Shown here one piece after another: positions 25,821 to 36,500 of a stretch of 49,548 nucleotides of DNA. Within the stretch, counting starts at the first letter, position 1. Each line of letters begins with the position of its first letter. The notes under the pieces are model-generated. The model did no database searches. It was not told where the DNA came from and worked only from the letters and a program-made list of their open reading frames with translations. Position numbers and translations under genes: made by a program. The stretch lies in NCBI GenBank assembly GCA_903932505.1, contig CAIZGN010000689.1, forward strand, positions 1-49,548. The letters are read 5' to 3'. This DNA comes from Candidatus Hydrogenedentota bacterium. GTDB taxonomy: Bacteria; Hydrogenedentota; Hydrogenedentia; Hydrogenedentales; CAIZGN01.

Positions 25821-26432
25821 TCAGGTTTCATCACGCACGGGAATCACGGGGTGCGAGCGCACCCAGCCGGTGCGGCTATAGGGATAGTAGATGCACCGGA
25901 CTTTGCCGACGATTTCCGACACAGGGACGGTGGTGCCGTCGATGTGACTGTCATCGCTGTCGTTGCGGTTGTCACCGAGGAAAAAAATATGCCCCTCGGG
26001 CACGACCACTTCGGGTACGATGGCGTATTTCATGGGCTCGGCAATGTAGGGTTCAGACACATAGCCCCCGTTGATGAACAACGCTCCGCCCCCAACGCCG
26101 ACGTGATCTCCGGCGAGACCCACTATCCGCTTCACGATATGCGCCCCTTTTTCCTTGGGGTCGTGCAACACCACGATGTCGCCGCGCTCGTAGGTTCTCT
26201 GGGACAGGGTCACCAGTTGGTCGCCCACAAGAAGGTTTGGTTCCATGGAGCGGGAAGGAACAAGAAAAAAGCTCATGCCGCGCACGACAAAGAGGTAGAA
26301 CAGCACCCATACGGCTACCAGCACAATGAGTTCACCGGCCCTACGTCCAAAGAAAAGGCGTCGCAAGTGGCTTGGTTCAGCGACAGGTGCCGGGGAGGGC
26401 GGTACTTCCATAATAGGGTCGGGCTGGGACAT
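25821..26432 (-). CDS. lepB: signal peptidase I
   Basis: TM then VPSRSMEPNL (Ser), RGDIVV, IVKRIVGLAGD (Lys), LGDNRNDSDDS; start uncertain (26432 vs 26483). Confidence 0.93.
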   Translation of the reverse strand: MSQPDPIMEVPPSPAPVAEPSHLRRLFFGRRAGELIVLVAVWVLFYLFVVRGMSFFLVPSRSMEPNLLVGDQLVTLSQRTYERGDIVVLHDPKEKGAHIVKRIVGLAGDHVGVGGGALFINGGYVSEPYIAEPMKYAIVPEVVVPEGHIFFLGDNRNDSDDSHIDGTTVPVSEIVGKVRCIYYPYSRTGWVRSHPVIPVRDET

Positions 26433-26442
26433 CAGGGACTTT

Positions 26443-27393
26443 CTATGGCTGGGCTTTTTCGCGTGGTTTTGTTTTCGAGCCACGCTCCGATTTTATATCC
26501 GCCAACAGCGCCTTGGCGGGATCGCTGTTCGGAATTATTTTCAAGGCTTCGTTCACGCATTTCTCGGCCTTGGCGAGATTTTTTCCGCGAACCCATGCGC
26601 GGCCTTCGTTTAGCCACGAGAAGAAGCACTGATCCTCTCTTTGCGCGTTCTTGCGGGCCTTCTGCCAGGCCTTTGCGGCATCCGCCCACTTGACGGGTAC
26701 GCCAAAGTCTTCAGCGGCGAGGAAATTGACTGCGTAATCACAGGTGAGCTCATAGTCCTTGGGCTGGAGTTTGGCGGCCAGACGGGAGTATTCCATAGCC
26801 TTGAGATAGATTTGCTCCCGATTCCATTTTTTGTAGGTGGCGAGCTGCGGGAAATTGACGAGATACACCTGAACCGCGTTGAAGAGGTAGTTCGGATTCT
26901 TGGGTTCCAGTGCCAGTGATTCGTCCAGATGCTGGAATCCCTTTTCGTATTCGCCGTTGTGGCAATAGTGCATGGCGAGGTTGTTGTGTGCGGCACCGCA
27001 CGTGGAGTCTTTGGTGAGGGCCAGTTCCCAGCTTCGCAGGCCACCTTCCGCATCGCCCGCATAGTCATACAGGATTTCACCGTAGGGAACCAGGATGCGG
27101 GGATTCTCCGGGTATTTTTCCATCGCTCGCTCGAAGCTCTGCTTTAGGATATCGGTGTGTTTCTTGATGAGCGCGACTTGGTCGTCAACGATGGACTGGT
27201 TTCCGGCAACCCTTGCCGCATCCATCTTGTCTTGGGCCTCGTTGATGGTCTGACGTTCGCGCTCGTAACAGGCGAGCAGGGCCGCCTGAAATTTCGGCTC
27301 GTTTTCAGCCAGCGCCTGTATTTCCCGTGTTTCCACGGGCCACTCGCCCGGCGCGGCGGACAAGGCGCTTATAAAGAGAATCAACCCAACCAT
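26443..27393 (-). CDS. secreted tetratricopeptide-repeat protein
   Basis: Signal-like N-terminus; TPR-like helices (AHNNLAMHY..GEYEKGFQHLDESLALEPKNPNYLFN; AEKCVNEALKIIPNS). Confidence 0.82.
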   Translation of the reverse strand: MVGLILFISALSAAPGEWPVETREIQALAENEPKFQAALLACYERERQTINEAQDKMDAARVAGNQSIVDDQVALIKKHTDILKQSFERAMEKYPENPRILVPYGEILYDYAGDAEGGLRSWELALTKDSTCGAAHNNLAMHYCHNGEYEKGFQHLDESLALEPKNPNYLFNAVQVYLVNFPQLATYKKWNREQIYLKAMEYSRLAAKLQPKDYELTCDYAVNFLAAEDFGVPVKWADAAKAWQKARKNAQREDQCFFSWLNEGRAWVRGKNLAKAEKCVNEALKIIPNSDPAKALLADIKSERGSKTKPREKAQP

Positions 27394-27630
27394 ACCAGTC
27401 CTCCTTTGGTGTTTGCGTGCTCAGTCGGCATGCAAAGAGGCCGCATCCACATGTGGATGATAGTACCAGATACTTTTCGTCTTGTGCGAGTCTGTCACCG
27501 GAAGTACGGAAGAATGGCGGAAATTTCCACCGCATCGGCTGGCCAAAGAAACCGGATCTTGTGCCGGCTCCCAAATTATTGGTATGGTAGGCGGGAGTAG
27601 CCAGTCTAATGCGCTTGAAAGGGTAATACC

Positions 27631-30189
27631 ATGGCACGAGTATCAAAATTCACCGTTGTACCGCGACTGCCGGAACGTCTTTCGCGGTTGCTCGATATTG
27701 CGAACAATATGTGGTGGTGCTGGAATCCAGACGCCGTCAGTCTATTCTTCCGGATGGATCGGGACTTGTGGAGCACAACACATGAAAATCCCCGCTTATT
27801 GCTGGGAGAAATGAGCCAACTTCGCCTTGAAGAGTTGGCCAAGAACGATTCGTTCCTGGCCCACATGGATCGGGTTTGGGACAACCTGCAGGAATACATG
27901 TCCGTCCGCAGCTGGTCGGCCCGCAATCCGCAGGCTCCCAAAGACATGCTGGTCGTCTATTTGTCTGCGGAATTCGGACTGCACGAGTCGATCAGCGTCT
28001 ACTCGGGCGGTTTGGGTGTGCTAGCGGGTGACCACCTCAAGGCGGCGAGCGACTTGGGGCTGCCCCTCGTCGGCGTCGGGCTGCTGTACCGAGAGGGCTA
28101 TTTCCGCCAATACCTCAATCAGGACGGCTGGCAGCAGGAACTTTATCCGCGCAACGATTTCTATAACATGCCGATCCAGATGGAGCGCACCGCGTCCGGC
28201 AAGCCGCTCGTCATCGAGGTGGAATACCCCGGCCGGATCGTGAAGGCGTATATCTGGCGGTGTCAGGTGGGACGTGTACCGCTCTACTTGCTCGATTGCG
28301 ACCACGAGGACAATCAGCCCGCAGACCGTGCGATCACCGGGCAGTTGTACGGTGGCGACCGCGAGACACGTATCCGCCAGGAAATCATGCTGGGCATGGG
28401 CGGCGTACTCGCCATTCAAGCGTTGAACATCACGCCGAGCGTGTACCACATGAATGAGGGCCACGCCGCGTTCATGACCCTGCAACGGATCAAGGATTTG
28501 GTGCGGCGAGACGGGGTGACCTTCCGTGAGGCTTCAGAAACGGTGAAGGCTGGCAGTTTCTTCACCACGCACACGCCCGTGCCCGCCGGTAATGACATGT
28601 TCGAGCCGGGCATGATCGACACCTATCTGCGCAAGTATTGCCAGGAGGTGAATATCTCCATGGATGAATTGCTGTCGCTTGGTCGCCAAAACCCGCATGA
28701 CGGACGCGAACCCTTCTGCATGACGGTGCTGGCGCTTAAACTGAGTGCGGGTGCCAACGGGGTGAGCAAGTTGCACGGCGAGGTGTCGCGCAACATGTGG
28801 TCACTGACGTGGAAGGGGCTTCCTGAAAACGAAGTGCCCATTACCTCGATCACCAACGGCATTCACACCCGTTCGTGGATTTCACAGGATTTAGCAGACC
28901 TCTATGACCGCTATCTCGGGCCGGGCTGGATCAACAGTCCCGACGACCAGTCGATCTGGGAACATATCGATGAAGTGCCGGACACGGAATTGTGGCGGAC
29001 GCACGAGCGACGCCGGGAACGCATGGTGAATTTTGCCCGCCGTCGGCTCTTGAAGCAGCTGATCAATCGAGGCGCGCCGAGTTCGGAGCGTCGTTTCGCG
29101 TTGGAGGTGCTTGATCCGGAGGTCTTGACCATCGGCTTTGCGCGTCGTTTCGCCACCTACAAGCGGGCGACCTTGCTCATGCGCGATCCCGAACGCCTGA
29201 AAAAGATCCTGTGTGACCCGAAGCGGCCTGTGCAGCTCATTGTGGCGGGCAAGGCCCACCCGGCGGATACTGCGGGCAAGGAAATCATCAAGCAATGGGC
29301 CCATTTCTGCCGCGACGGCGAGACCCGAAACCACATGGTGTTTCTGGAAGACTACGACATCAACGTGGCCCGCTACATGGTCCAAGGGGTGGACTGCTGG
29401 CTGAACACGCCGCGCCGTCCCATGGAAGCGAGCGGCACGAGCGGAATGAAAGCGGCGGCCAACGGTGCGCTCAACATTAGTATCCCGGACGGATGGTGGT
29501 GTGAGGCCGAGTTGCTGGGCGACAACGGATGGAGCATCGGCAAGGGCGAGACCTACGACAGCATTGAGGAACAGGATCTCGTCGAAAGCGAGGCCCTGTA
29601 CGACATTCTCGAGAAGGAGATCGTACCGATTTTCTATGAACGGGGTCACGATGATCTTCCCCGGGAGTGGATTGCCCGCATGAAATCCGCGATCAGTACC
29701 ATTTGCCCGGTGTTCAATACCTACCGCATGGTGCAGGAATACGCGGATCGCTGCTATATTCCGTGTTCGATTCGCAAGTCCACGCTGATAGAGAACAAGC
29801 GCGCCCGCGCGCTTGCGCTGTCGCACTGGAAGGATCGGGTGCATCAGTTGTGGGATAAGGTGAACGTGGTCAGCGTGGCCTCCGGCCCGACCGAAGGCTT
29901 GCCGGTGGGTTCGAGTCTTCAAGTCAGTGCCGAGGTCTACCTCGGAGAACTTACCGAGAAGGACGTCACGGTCGAAATTTACTACGGGGATCTGAGTCCG
30001 AACGGGCAGATTCCTCATGGGTACACGATGGAAATGTCATGCGCCAAGGTGCTTGGCAATGGCGTCTACCGTTTTGAAGGCGCGATTCTGTGCAAGGAGA
30101 CCGGACAGCAGGGATTCACCATCCGGGTGATCCCCAATCACGAAGATCTTGCCCAGAAACACGAGACCGGTTTGATCGTGTGGTCGTGA
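27631..30189 (+). CDS. glgP: alpha-glucan (glycogen/starch) phosphorylase
   Basis: YSGGLGVLAGDHLK, HMNEGHAAF, FTTHTPVPAG, FARRFATYKRA, AGKAHP, EASGTSGMKA (PLP Lys). Confidence 0.97.
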   Translation: MARVSKFTVVPRLPERLSRLLDIANNMWWCWNPDAVSLFFRMDRDLWSTTHENPRLLLGEMSQLRLEELAKNDSFLAHMDRVWDNLQEYMSVRSWSARNPQAPKDMLVVYLSAEFGLHESISVYSGGLGVLAGDHLKAASDLGLPLVGVGLLYREGYFRQYLNQDGWQQELYPRNDFYNMPIQMERTASGKPLVIEVEYPGRIVKAYIWRCQVGRVPLYLLDCDHEDNQPADRAITGQLYGGDRETRIRQEIMLGMGGVLAIQALNITPSVYHMNEGHAAFMTLQRIKDLVRRDGVTFREASETVKAGSFFTTHTPVPAGNDMFEPGMIDTYLRKYCQEVNISMDELLSLGRQNPHDGREPFCMTVLALKLSAGANGVSKLHGEVSRNMWSLTWKGLPENEVPITSITNGIHTRSWISQDLADLYDRYLGPGWINSPDDQSIWEHIDEVPDTELWRTHERRRERMVNFARRRLLKQLINRGAPSSERRFALEVLDPEVLTIGFARRFATYKRATLLMRDPERLKKILCDPKRPVQLIVAGKAHPADTAGKEIIKQWAHFCRDGETRNHMVFLEDYDINVARYMVQGVDCWLNTPRRPMEASGTSGMKAAANGALNISIPDGWWCEAELLGDNGWSIGKGETYDSIEEQDLVESEALYDILEKEIVPIFYERGHDDLPREWIARMKSAISTICPVFNTYRMVQEYADRCYIPCSIRKSTLIENKRARALALSHWKDRVHQLWDKVNVVSVASGPTEGLPVGSSLQVSAEVYLGELTEKDVTVEIYYGDLSPNGQIPHGYTMEMSCAKVLGNGVYRFEGAILCKETGQQGFTIRVIPNHEDLAQKHETGLIVWS

Positions 30190-30306
30190 CGGGAGTGTGG
30201 TGCCGCATGCCGGAGGAGAGTCGGCCAATACGCTGAGCGGTTCGTCTGCGGGCACCATTGTTCCGGGCGCACGCGGAATTTATAATGACCGCAGCGGAGA
30301 TCTGGC

Positions 30307-31260
30307 ATGGCGACGTTCCTTATTACTGGCGGCGCGGGATTCATAGGGTCCAATTTGGCCCACTCGCTGGCTTCGCAGGGCGAGACGGTGCGGATTCTGG
30401 ACGATTTTTCGACCGGTCGCCGCGCCAACGTGTCCGGCTTGGGTTCCGCCGTCGAGGTCATTGAGGGCAGCGTGTGTGATCGTGCCACGTTGGACAAGGC
30501 GCTGCGCGGGGTGCGCTACTGCCTGCATCAGGCGGCGATACCCGCCGTGCCCCGCTCCATCGCCGCACCCGAAGCCACCAACCACGCCAATGTGGACGGG
30601 ACGCTCAGCGTCTTTGTCGCAGCGCGCGCGGCCGGGGTGGAAAGGGTCGTCTATGCCTCCTCCTCCTCCGTCTACGGCAATGCGCAGACCTTCCCGCTCA
30701 ACGAAACCCTGCCCAAGGCTCCCATCTCGCCCTACGCGGTTTCCAAGGCGGCGGGGGAGATGTACGCCGAGGTCTTTTCCGAACTTTACGGCATGGATCT
30801 CGTAGGCTTGCGTTATTTCAACGTGTTCGGCCCCCGACAAGATCCGACCTCGGACTATGCAGCAGTGATTCCGCGTTTTGTGGTGCGTTTGCTGCGCGGG
30901 GAAGCGCCGATCATTTTCGGGGACGGCACACAGGCCCGCGACTTCACCTTTGTGGACAACGTGGTGGACGCGAACTTGCGCGCCTGCCGGATGCCGGGAC
31001 CGTTGCGCGGGGTGTATAACATCGCGTGCGGGCAACCGGTTTCCGTGCTGGAATTGGCTCGCGCCCTCAGTCGTCTGACCGGCGCGGATATTGCCCCCGA
31101 ATTTCATCCCGCCCGTGCGGGTGACATCCTGCGTTCTTGGGCGGATATCGGTCGTGCGCGCGGGGCTTTTGCCTACGAGCCGTCGGTGTCGCTCGAAGAG
31201 GGCTTGGCGCATACTTTGCGCTGGCTGCGCGAAGAGGAGGGCACGTCATGGCGCGGATGA
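30307..31260 (+). CDS. NAD-dependent epimerase/dehydratase (UDP-hexose/HexNAc 4-epimerase-like SDR)
   Basis: TGGAGFIGS, YASSSSVYG, SPYAVSK, LRYFNVFGPRQDP, GDGTQARDFT. Confidence 0.95.
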   Translation: MATFLITGGAGFIGSNLAHSLASQGETVRILDDFSTGRRANVSGLGSAVEVIEGSVCDRATLDKALRGVRYCLHQAAIPAVPRSIAAPEATNHANVDGTLSVFVAARAAGVERVVYASSSSVYGNAQTFPLNETLPKAPISPYAVSKAAGEMYAEVFSELYGMDLVGLRYFNVFGPRQDPTSDYAAVIPRFVVRLLRGEAPIIFGDGTQARDFTFVDNVVDANLRACRMPGPLRGVYNIACGQPVSVLELARALSRLTGADIAPEFHPARAGDILRSWADIGRARGAFAYEPSVSLEEGLAHTLRWLREEEGTSWRG

Positions 31261-33194
31261 AATGCCCCCGATGCATGCATATCAACCCCAGTGGCGCGCA
31301 CGAGTGTGTGCAGTGCAAAACGCCCCTTCCGCGCATCTTGGTCGAAGCCCCGGCAGCCCATCCCTCGGCGGCCCCGGAGAAAATATCGCAATTTCGTCAG
31401 GGCGATGTGCTGGCCAATCGCTACACGTTCCAGAGCATCATCGGTCGCGGCGGCATGGGCTGCATCTACAAAGTGCGGGATGATGTGCTTGGGGAGGTGG
31501 TGGCGCTTAAAACGCTGCTGCCTCAGTTCGGGCAGGACAAAATGGTGCTGGAGCGTTTCTTCAACGAGGCGCGTATTGCGCGGCGTCTGGCCCATCCGAA
31601 CATCGTGCGGGTGCATGACATCGGGATATCGCAGAACATCGTGTATATTTCGATGGAGTTTCTTTCCGGCCAGTCCTTGCGCGAAAAACTCGAGGCCCTG
31701 CCTGCAGGCGGGCGCATGGCGATTCAGGAAGTCCTGCGTGTGGCGGATCAGCTATGCGCCGCGCTGGAGTACGCCCACCAATACACAGTCCATCGCGATA
31801 TCAAGCCGGAAAACGTGATGATTGTGAGCAACGGCACCGTCAAGCTGATGGACTTTGGCATATCAAAGCTCATGGCGGATCAGCAGTTGACCGGTGCCTC
31901 GATCATCATGGGTACGCCCATGTACATGGCCCCGGAACAGGTGCGAAGCAGTCAGAGTGTGGATGCCCGGGCGGACATCTACAGCGTTGGCGTCATGCTC
32001 TATGAAATCATTACCTCCATTCCGCCCACGGGCATTCCGAAGAAACTCACCCAGGTCGTGCCGGAAGTTCCGGTTGAGCTTGAGGCCATCGTGGAGAAGT
32101 GCGTGGAGCCGAACCGTGAGCGACGCTATGCCGACGCCACGGAATTGCGCAGTGCGCTGCGCGCCGTTCGCCACACTATGAACGGAAGCGGGCCGCTCGT
32201 TTCGTCGGCGGCTCCGGCCGAAGAGAAACGCCCGTTCGACCCGATGAAGGTCTTGGGGGGAATGGCCGCCGTGGCCATTCTTTGGGCGACGGCGTGGGGG
32301 CTTCAATGGGCGGACCGGAACCGGCGCGATGTGGTGTCGGCATGGGAGAAAGAATCGCAACGAGAAGCAACGCCAGCGGCCGCGAGCTGGGATTCGTATG
32401 CGGCCTTGGTCAAGAAAATCCAACCGGCGGCGGAGTCTCGGGCTGCGGAAAGACCCGGTGGCGCGGCGGTTCTCAGTCGCGCGCTGGCGCTGTGGCAAGG
32501 GGCGGAGTCTACGCATTCCCCGAAAAAGGCCTGGGAGGCCGCCCAGTGTCTGGCTGCGCTGGCCATCTGGCCGCAGGATCTTTGTCTGGTGCCACCCGGC
32601 GAGGTCTCGATAAACGGGGCCTCTGTGCATGTGCCAGCGTTCTTCATCGAGCATCTGGAGGTTTCGCTGGGTTCCTATCGTGAATTCTGCAAGCAGGAAA
32701 ACTGGCGGATTCGCCCGGGGCAATTCCCCGATGGGGCGGATCCGAATGACGCCATGGGCAATGTCTCCTTTTCCGATGCGCAGGCCTACGCGGCCTCCCG
32801 GGGTTGGATGCTTCCCACCGAGGCGCAGTGGGCGCGTGCGGCCTACGGTGAAAGCCAGCCGCTGGCGGAGGTGGTGGAGGGAGAGGTGGTCGGCGAATTG
32901 TCGTGGGTCGGCTGTGAGGCGTTGGCCGGTGATGTGAGCGAGTGGACGCGAAGCCCGATCAACGGCGAGGAGGACACCCCGCTGCCCTTGGGAACCGAGA
33001 TGGTGCTTCGCGGCGGGAATGCGGAGTGGGCACCGAAAGATCCGTTGACGGAGCGTGCGAACGCCTACTTGGACGCAGGGGATCGCCCGGTCATTGAGTG
33101 GTTGGCTCCCTACGTGGGTTTCCGTTGTGTCATGGAATTACCCGTTCAACCGGAACTGCTGGAGGCGTTGGTGAATGTCACCGCTCAGCCCTGA
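31248..33194 (+). CDS. Ser/Thr protein kinase with N-terminal zinc ribbon, TM and C-terminal FGE-sulfatase-like domain
   Basis: CPRC..N..CVQC; GRGGMG, VALK, HRDIKPEN, DFG, GTPMYMAPE; TM; VSFSDAQAY..LPTEAQWARAA, GDVSEWT, GFRCV. Confidence 0.93.
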   Translation: MARMKCPRCMHINPSGAHECVQCKTPLPRILVEAPAAHPSAAPEKISQFRQGDVLANRYTFQSIIGRGGMGCIYKVRDDVLGEVVALKTLLPQFGQDKMVLERFFNEARIARRLAHPNIVRVHDIGISQNIVYISMEFLSGQSLREKLEALPAGGRMAIQEVLRVADQLCAALEYAHQYTVHRDIKPENVMIVSNGTVKLMDFGISKLMADQQLTGASIIMGTPMYMAPEQVRSSQSVDARADIYSVGVMLYEIITSIPPTGIPKKLTQVVPEVPVELEAIVEKCVEPNRERRYADATELRSALRAVRHTMNGSGPLVSSAAPAEEKRPFDPMKVLGGMAAVAILWATAWGLQWADRNRRDVVSAWEKESQREATPAAASWDSYAALVKKIQPAAESRAAERPGGAAVLSRALALWQGAESTHSPKKAWEAAQCLAALAIWPQDLCLVPPGEVSINGASVHVPAFFIEHLEVSLGSYREFCKQENWRIRPGQFPDGADPNDAMGNVSFSDAQAYAASRGWMLPTEAQWARAAYGESQPLAEVVEGEVVGELSWVGCEALAGDVSEWTRSPINGEEDTPLPLGTEMVLRGGNAEWAPKDPLTERANAYLDAGDRPVIEWLAPYVGFRCVMELPVQPELLEALVNVTAQP

Positions 33195-33566
33195 GTGGAC
33201 AATTTTGTCGGGAAATGCGGTCGAATTCGTAGTCGCTCCCTAAAGTTCGTGTTTTTTTATAAACCGGGGTGATTTTAGTGGTTATTGTTGTAAGTTATTT
33301 ATTTGAAATGACTTATGTTGCATAAATTGAGAGATATGGGGGCTTGGGCGGGTTTTTTATTGCTTGGGTTATGAATCTTTTCCTCGCTTTCTCGTATAAT
33401 AGACATGGTGTAAGAGATTTTAGAAGCAGCGAAGGGAAGAGAACGAAATATCGGGCCGTGGGACCAAGTCGCCTGCGGTTTGTCTGCGTATCCCCTTGGG
33501 AGAAGGGGAGCGGTCTGTCTTCCGGACGCTTTGTGTGTTTATTCCAATTATCGGGAAGGACGAGCC

Positions 33567-36500
33567 ATGCTAGCCATCCGATGCCCCCATTTTTTTGTGC
33601 GCACCCGTCGAACGGGAATTGTTCTGGCCGCCGTCACCGTGGCCTTGGTCGCCACGTCCGCGCTGGCCGTGGACTTCGAGTTCGGTGCTGGGCGTGACGG
33701 TTCCTACACCGTCAGCGGCACTAAAACCGTTCAGGAGGTCTGGGCGGAGCTCGCCGCGAGCGCCTCGATGACCTATGACCCCCTGAATGCCTACCAAGTG
33801 CCCAATTTTGAGAATCTCATCATCGATGAAAACTCTTCGTTGACTGCCGAGTCTTTTTCGGGTGACCCAAGTGCGGCCGTGGACTCGCAGGACGGCGGCA
33901 TTTTGCGCTTGCGGGTGAACGGTACTTTATGGATTAAACCGGGGGGACGTATTGACGTATCCGGACGCGGGTATCACGGGGGAATTGCGGGTGCCGTTGC
34001 AGACCAAAAGGGTGTGCAAGGGGACTCTTGGGGGATGGTGGGAGCCAATGATCGCGTAGAAAACCGGGGTGGTGGTGGCGGTGGTTTGCCCGATCCCACG
34101 GTGGGTGGTGGTGGTGGCGGCGGCAATGCGACCGCAGGCACGGGCGGTGGCGGTGGACGAACGGGCTTGGCGGGTTTATCTTTTGATACGGTGGCGCAAT
34201 CACAGGATCCCTCGTTCCGAGGGAATTATCCGTTTCCGCGTTTTGGCTCGGGCGGTGGCGGAGGCGGTTTCGTGCTGCTGAACGCCAATGCGGCGGCGGT
34301 CGGCGGTTCGGGTGGTGGCGTCATCGTCATTGAGGCGGCACACATCATCAATCAGGGCACGATGTCGGCGGAAGGTTCTGGCGGCGGCACGGGGATTTCT
34401 GGCGGCGGTGGTGGTGGTGGTGGCGGCGTCTGGATACGCACCCTTTCCTCCGAGACCCGTCAGTCGGGTACGGTGACCGTCAAAGGCGGGTCGGGCGGCG
34501 TCAGCAACCCCCCCGTGGGCGAGGAAGGTTTTAACGGCGGGACGGGCGGCTTGGGCGAAAAACGATGGGAGACCCAGTACGAAGTCGCTCCCACGGTTGA
34601 AGGCAACGGTCGCGTGGTGGTCACGCCGGTGGCGAATCAGTTCATCCCCGGCACATTGGTGACGTTGGAGGCCAAGCCGGATGATGGGTGGTGTTTCAAG
34701 GAGTGGACGGTCGGCGCATCGGGCGTGAGCCGGGTGGTGGCTGTGTCGTTGACGGACAACCTGTATCCGAACGCGATTTTTGAGGTGGATCCCGGTCTTC
34801 GTGTGCTTCCCATCGACGAGCAGACGGTGCGTTGCGAAGGCGGTACGGTCTATCTGCAGGTCACGGGCAGTAAGTGCGAACCCACCAGCTGGACCGCCAT
34901 TGTTCAGGAAGGTGTGACCTTCATTACCTTGGCGGCCGGTGGCACGGGCACGATCTCCTATCCCACATCATCAACCATATCGTTGGTCTTGCCGGCCAAC
35001 CAGACCGGCCTCGTGCGCACGGGTAGCATTCTGGTAACGGACACCGATCCCCTGCACGATGTCTCGTATACCATTCCGATTCGCCAGTTGAACTGCCGAC
35101 CGGTTCTGGATGTGCGTCCCACCGACGATCTCGTTCCCTCCGCTGGTGGTGTCCGCTCCTATGGCATCACGAACAAGGGCGAAGGTCTCATGGCATGGAA
35201 CGCGGTCATCACCAGCGGTGCCAATTTTATGACCTTGGGCAATACCAACGGAACCGGGAACGGGGCACTTTCTGTGACCGTTTCTCAGAATCTGACCGCT
35301 GGGCCGCGTGTGGGTACCATCGAAGTTCAAGCGCCGGACGGTGGCGACAGCAGCCCGAAGATTATTACGATTACCCAGGCCAACAACACCCCTGTGCTGG
35401 ATGTGCGACCCACAACGGACTATGTGACCTCGGCGGGCGGGCCGCGCTATTTTTCCATCACCAACAAGGGTGAAGGCACGATGACCTGGAACGCGGTCGT
35501 CACCAGCGGTGCGAACTTTCTCACCTTGGGTACGACCAATGGCACCGGCAATGCCACGCTGGCAGTGACCGTGCTGCCGAACCAGACCTCCGGCCCGCGC
35601 GTGGGTACCATTGAAGTCCAAGCCCCCGACGGCGGGGTGAGCAGCCCGAAGATTATTACCATCAACCAAGCCAACAACACGCCCATTCTGGATGTGATGC
35701 CCACAGAGGACTCGGTGTCTTCCACCGGCGGGAGCCGGGCCTACACGATCGCGAACAAGGGCGATGGCGTGATGGCGTGGAATGCGGTCATCACCAGTGG
35801 CGCGAATTTCCTCACCTTGGGGAACACCAACGGCACAGGGAACGCGACGCTATCGGTGACGGTCGGACCGAACCTGGGTTCGGCACCGAGAACCGGAACG
35901 ATCGAGGTGCGCGCCCCCGATGGCGGGGTGAGCAGCCCAAAAACCATCACGATCACCCAAGCGAACAGCAGCCCGGTTCTGGACGTGCGACCGCTGGAGG
36001 ACTTGGTCTCCTGTCTGGGTGGCGCGCGATATTTCACCATTACGAACCGGGGTGAAGGTGTGATGGCGTGGAACGCGGTGATTCTTGACGGCGCGAATTT
36101 CATGACGCTGGCCACCACGAATGGAACTGGAAACGCCTCGTTGTCGGTAACACTGGCACCAAACCTGACCGCATCCACACGGACGGGCACCATTGAAGTG
36201 CAGGCCCCGGATGGCGGCGTGAGCAGCCCCAAGACCATCACCATCACCCAAGACAAGAACAGTCCGGTGCTGGATGTGGGACTCACGGAAGACTATGTGT
36301 CCTCGCTGGGCGGTTCCCGCACCTATACCATCAGCAACAAGGGACAGGGCGTGATGGACTGGAATGCGGCCGTGATCAGCGGTGCCAATTTCATCACCTT
36401 GAACAACTCGAACGGCACGGGTGCCGGTGCCCTGTCCGTGACCATTGGCCCCAATTTGACCTCCTCGCCACGAACAGGCTCCATCGAGGTTCGTGCGCCG

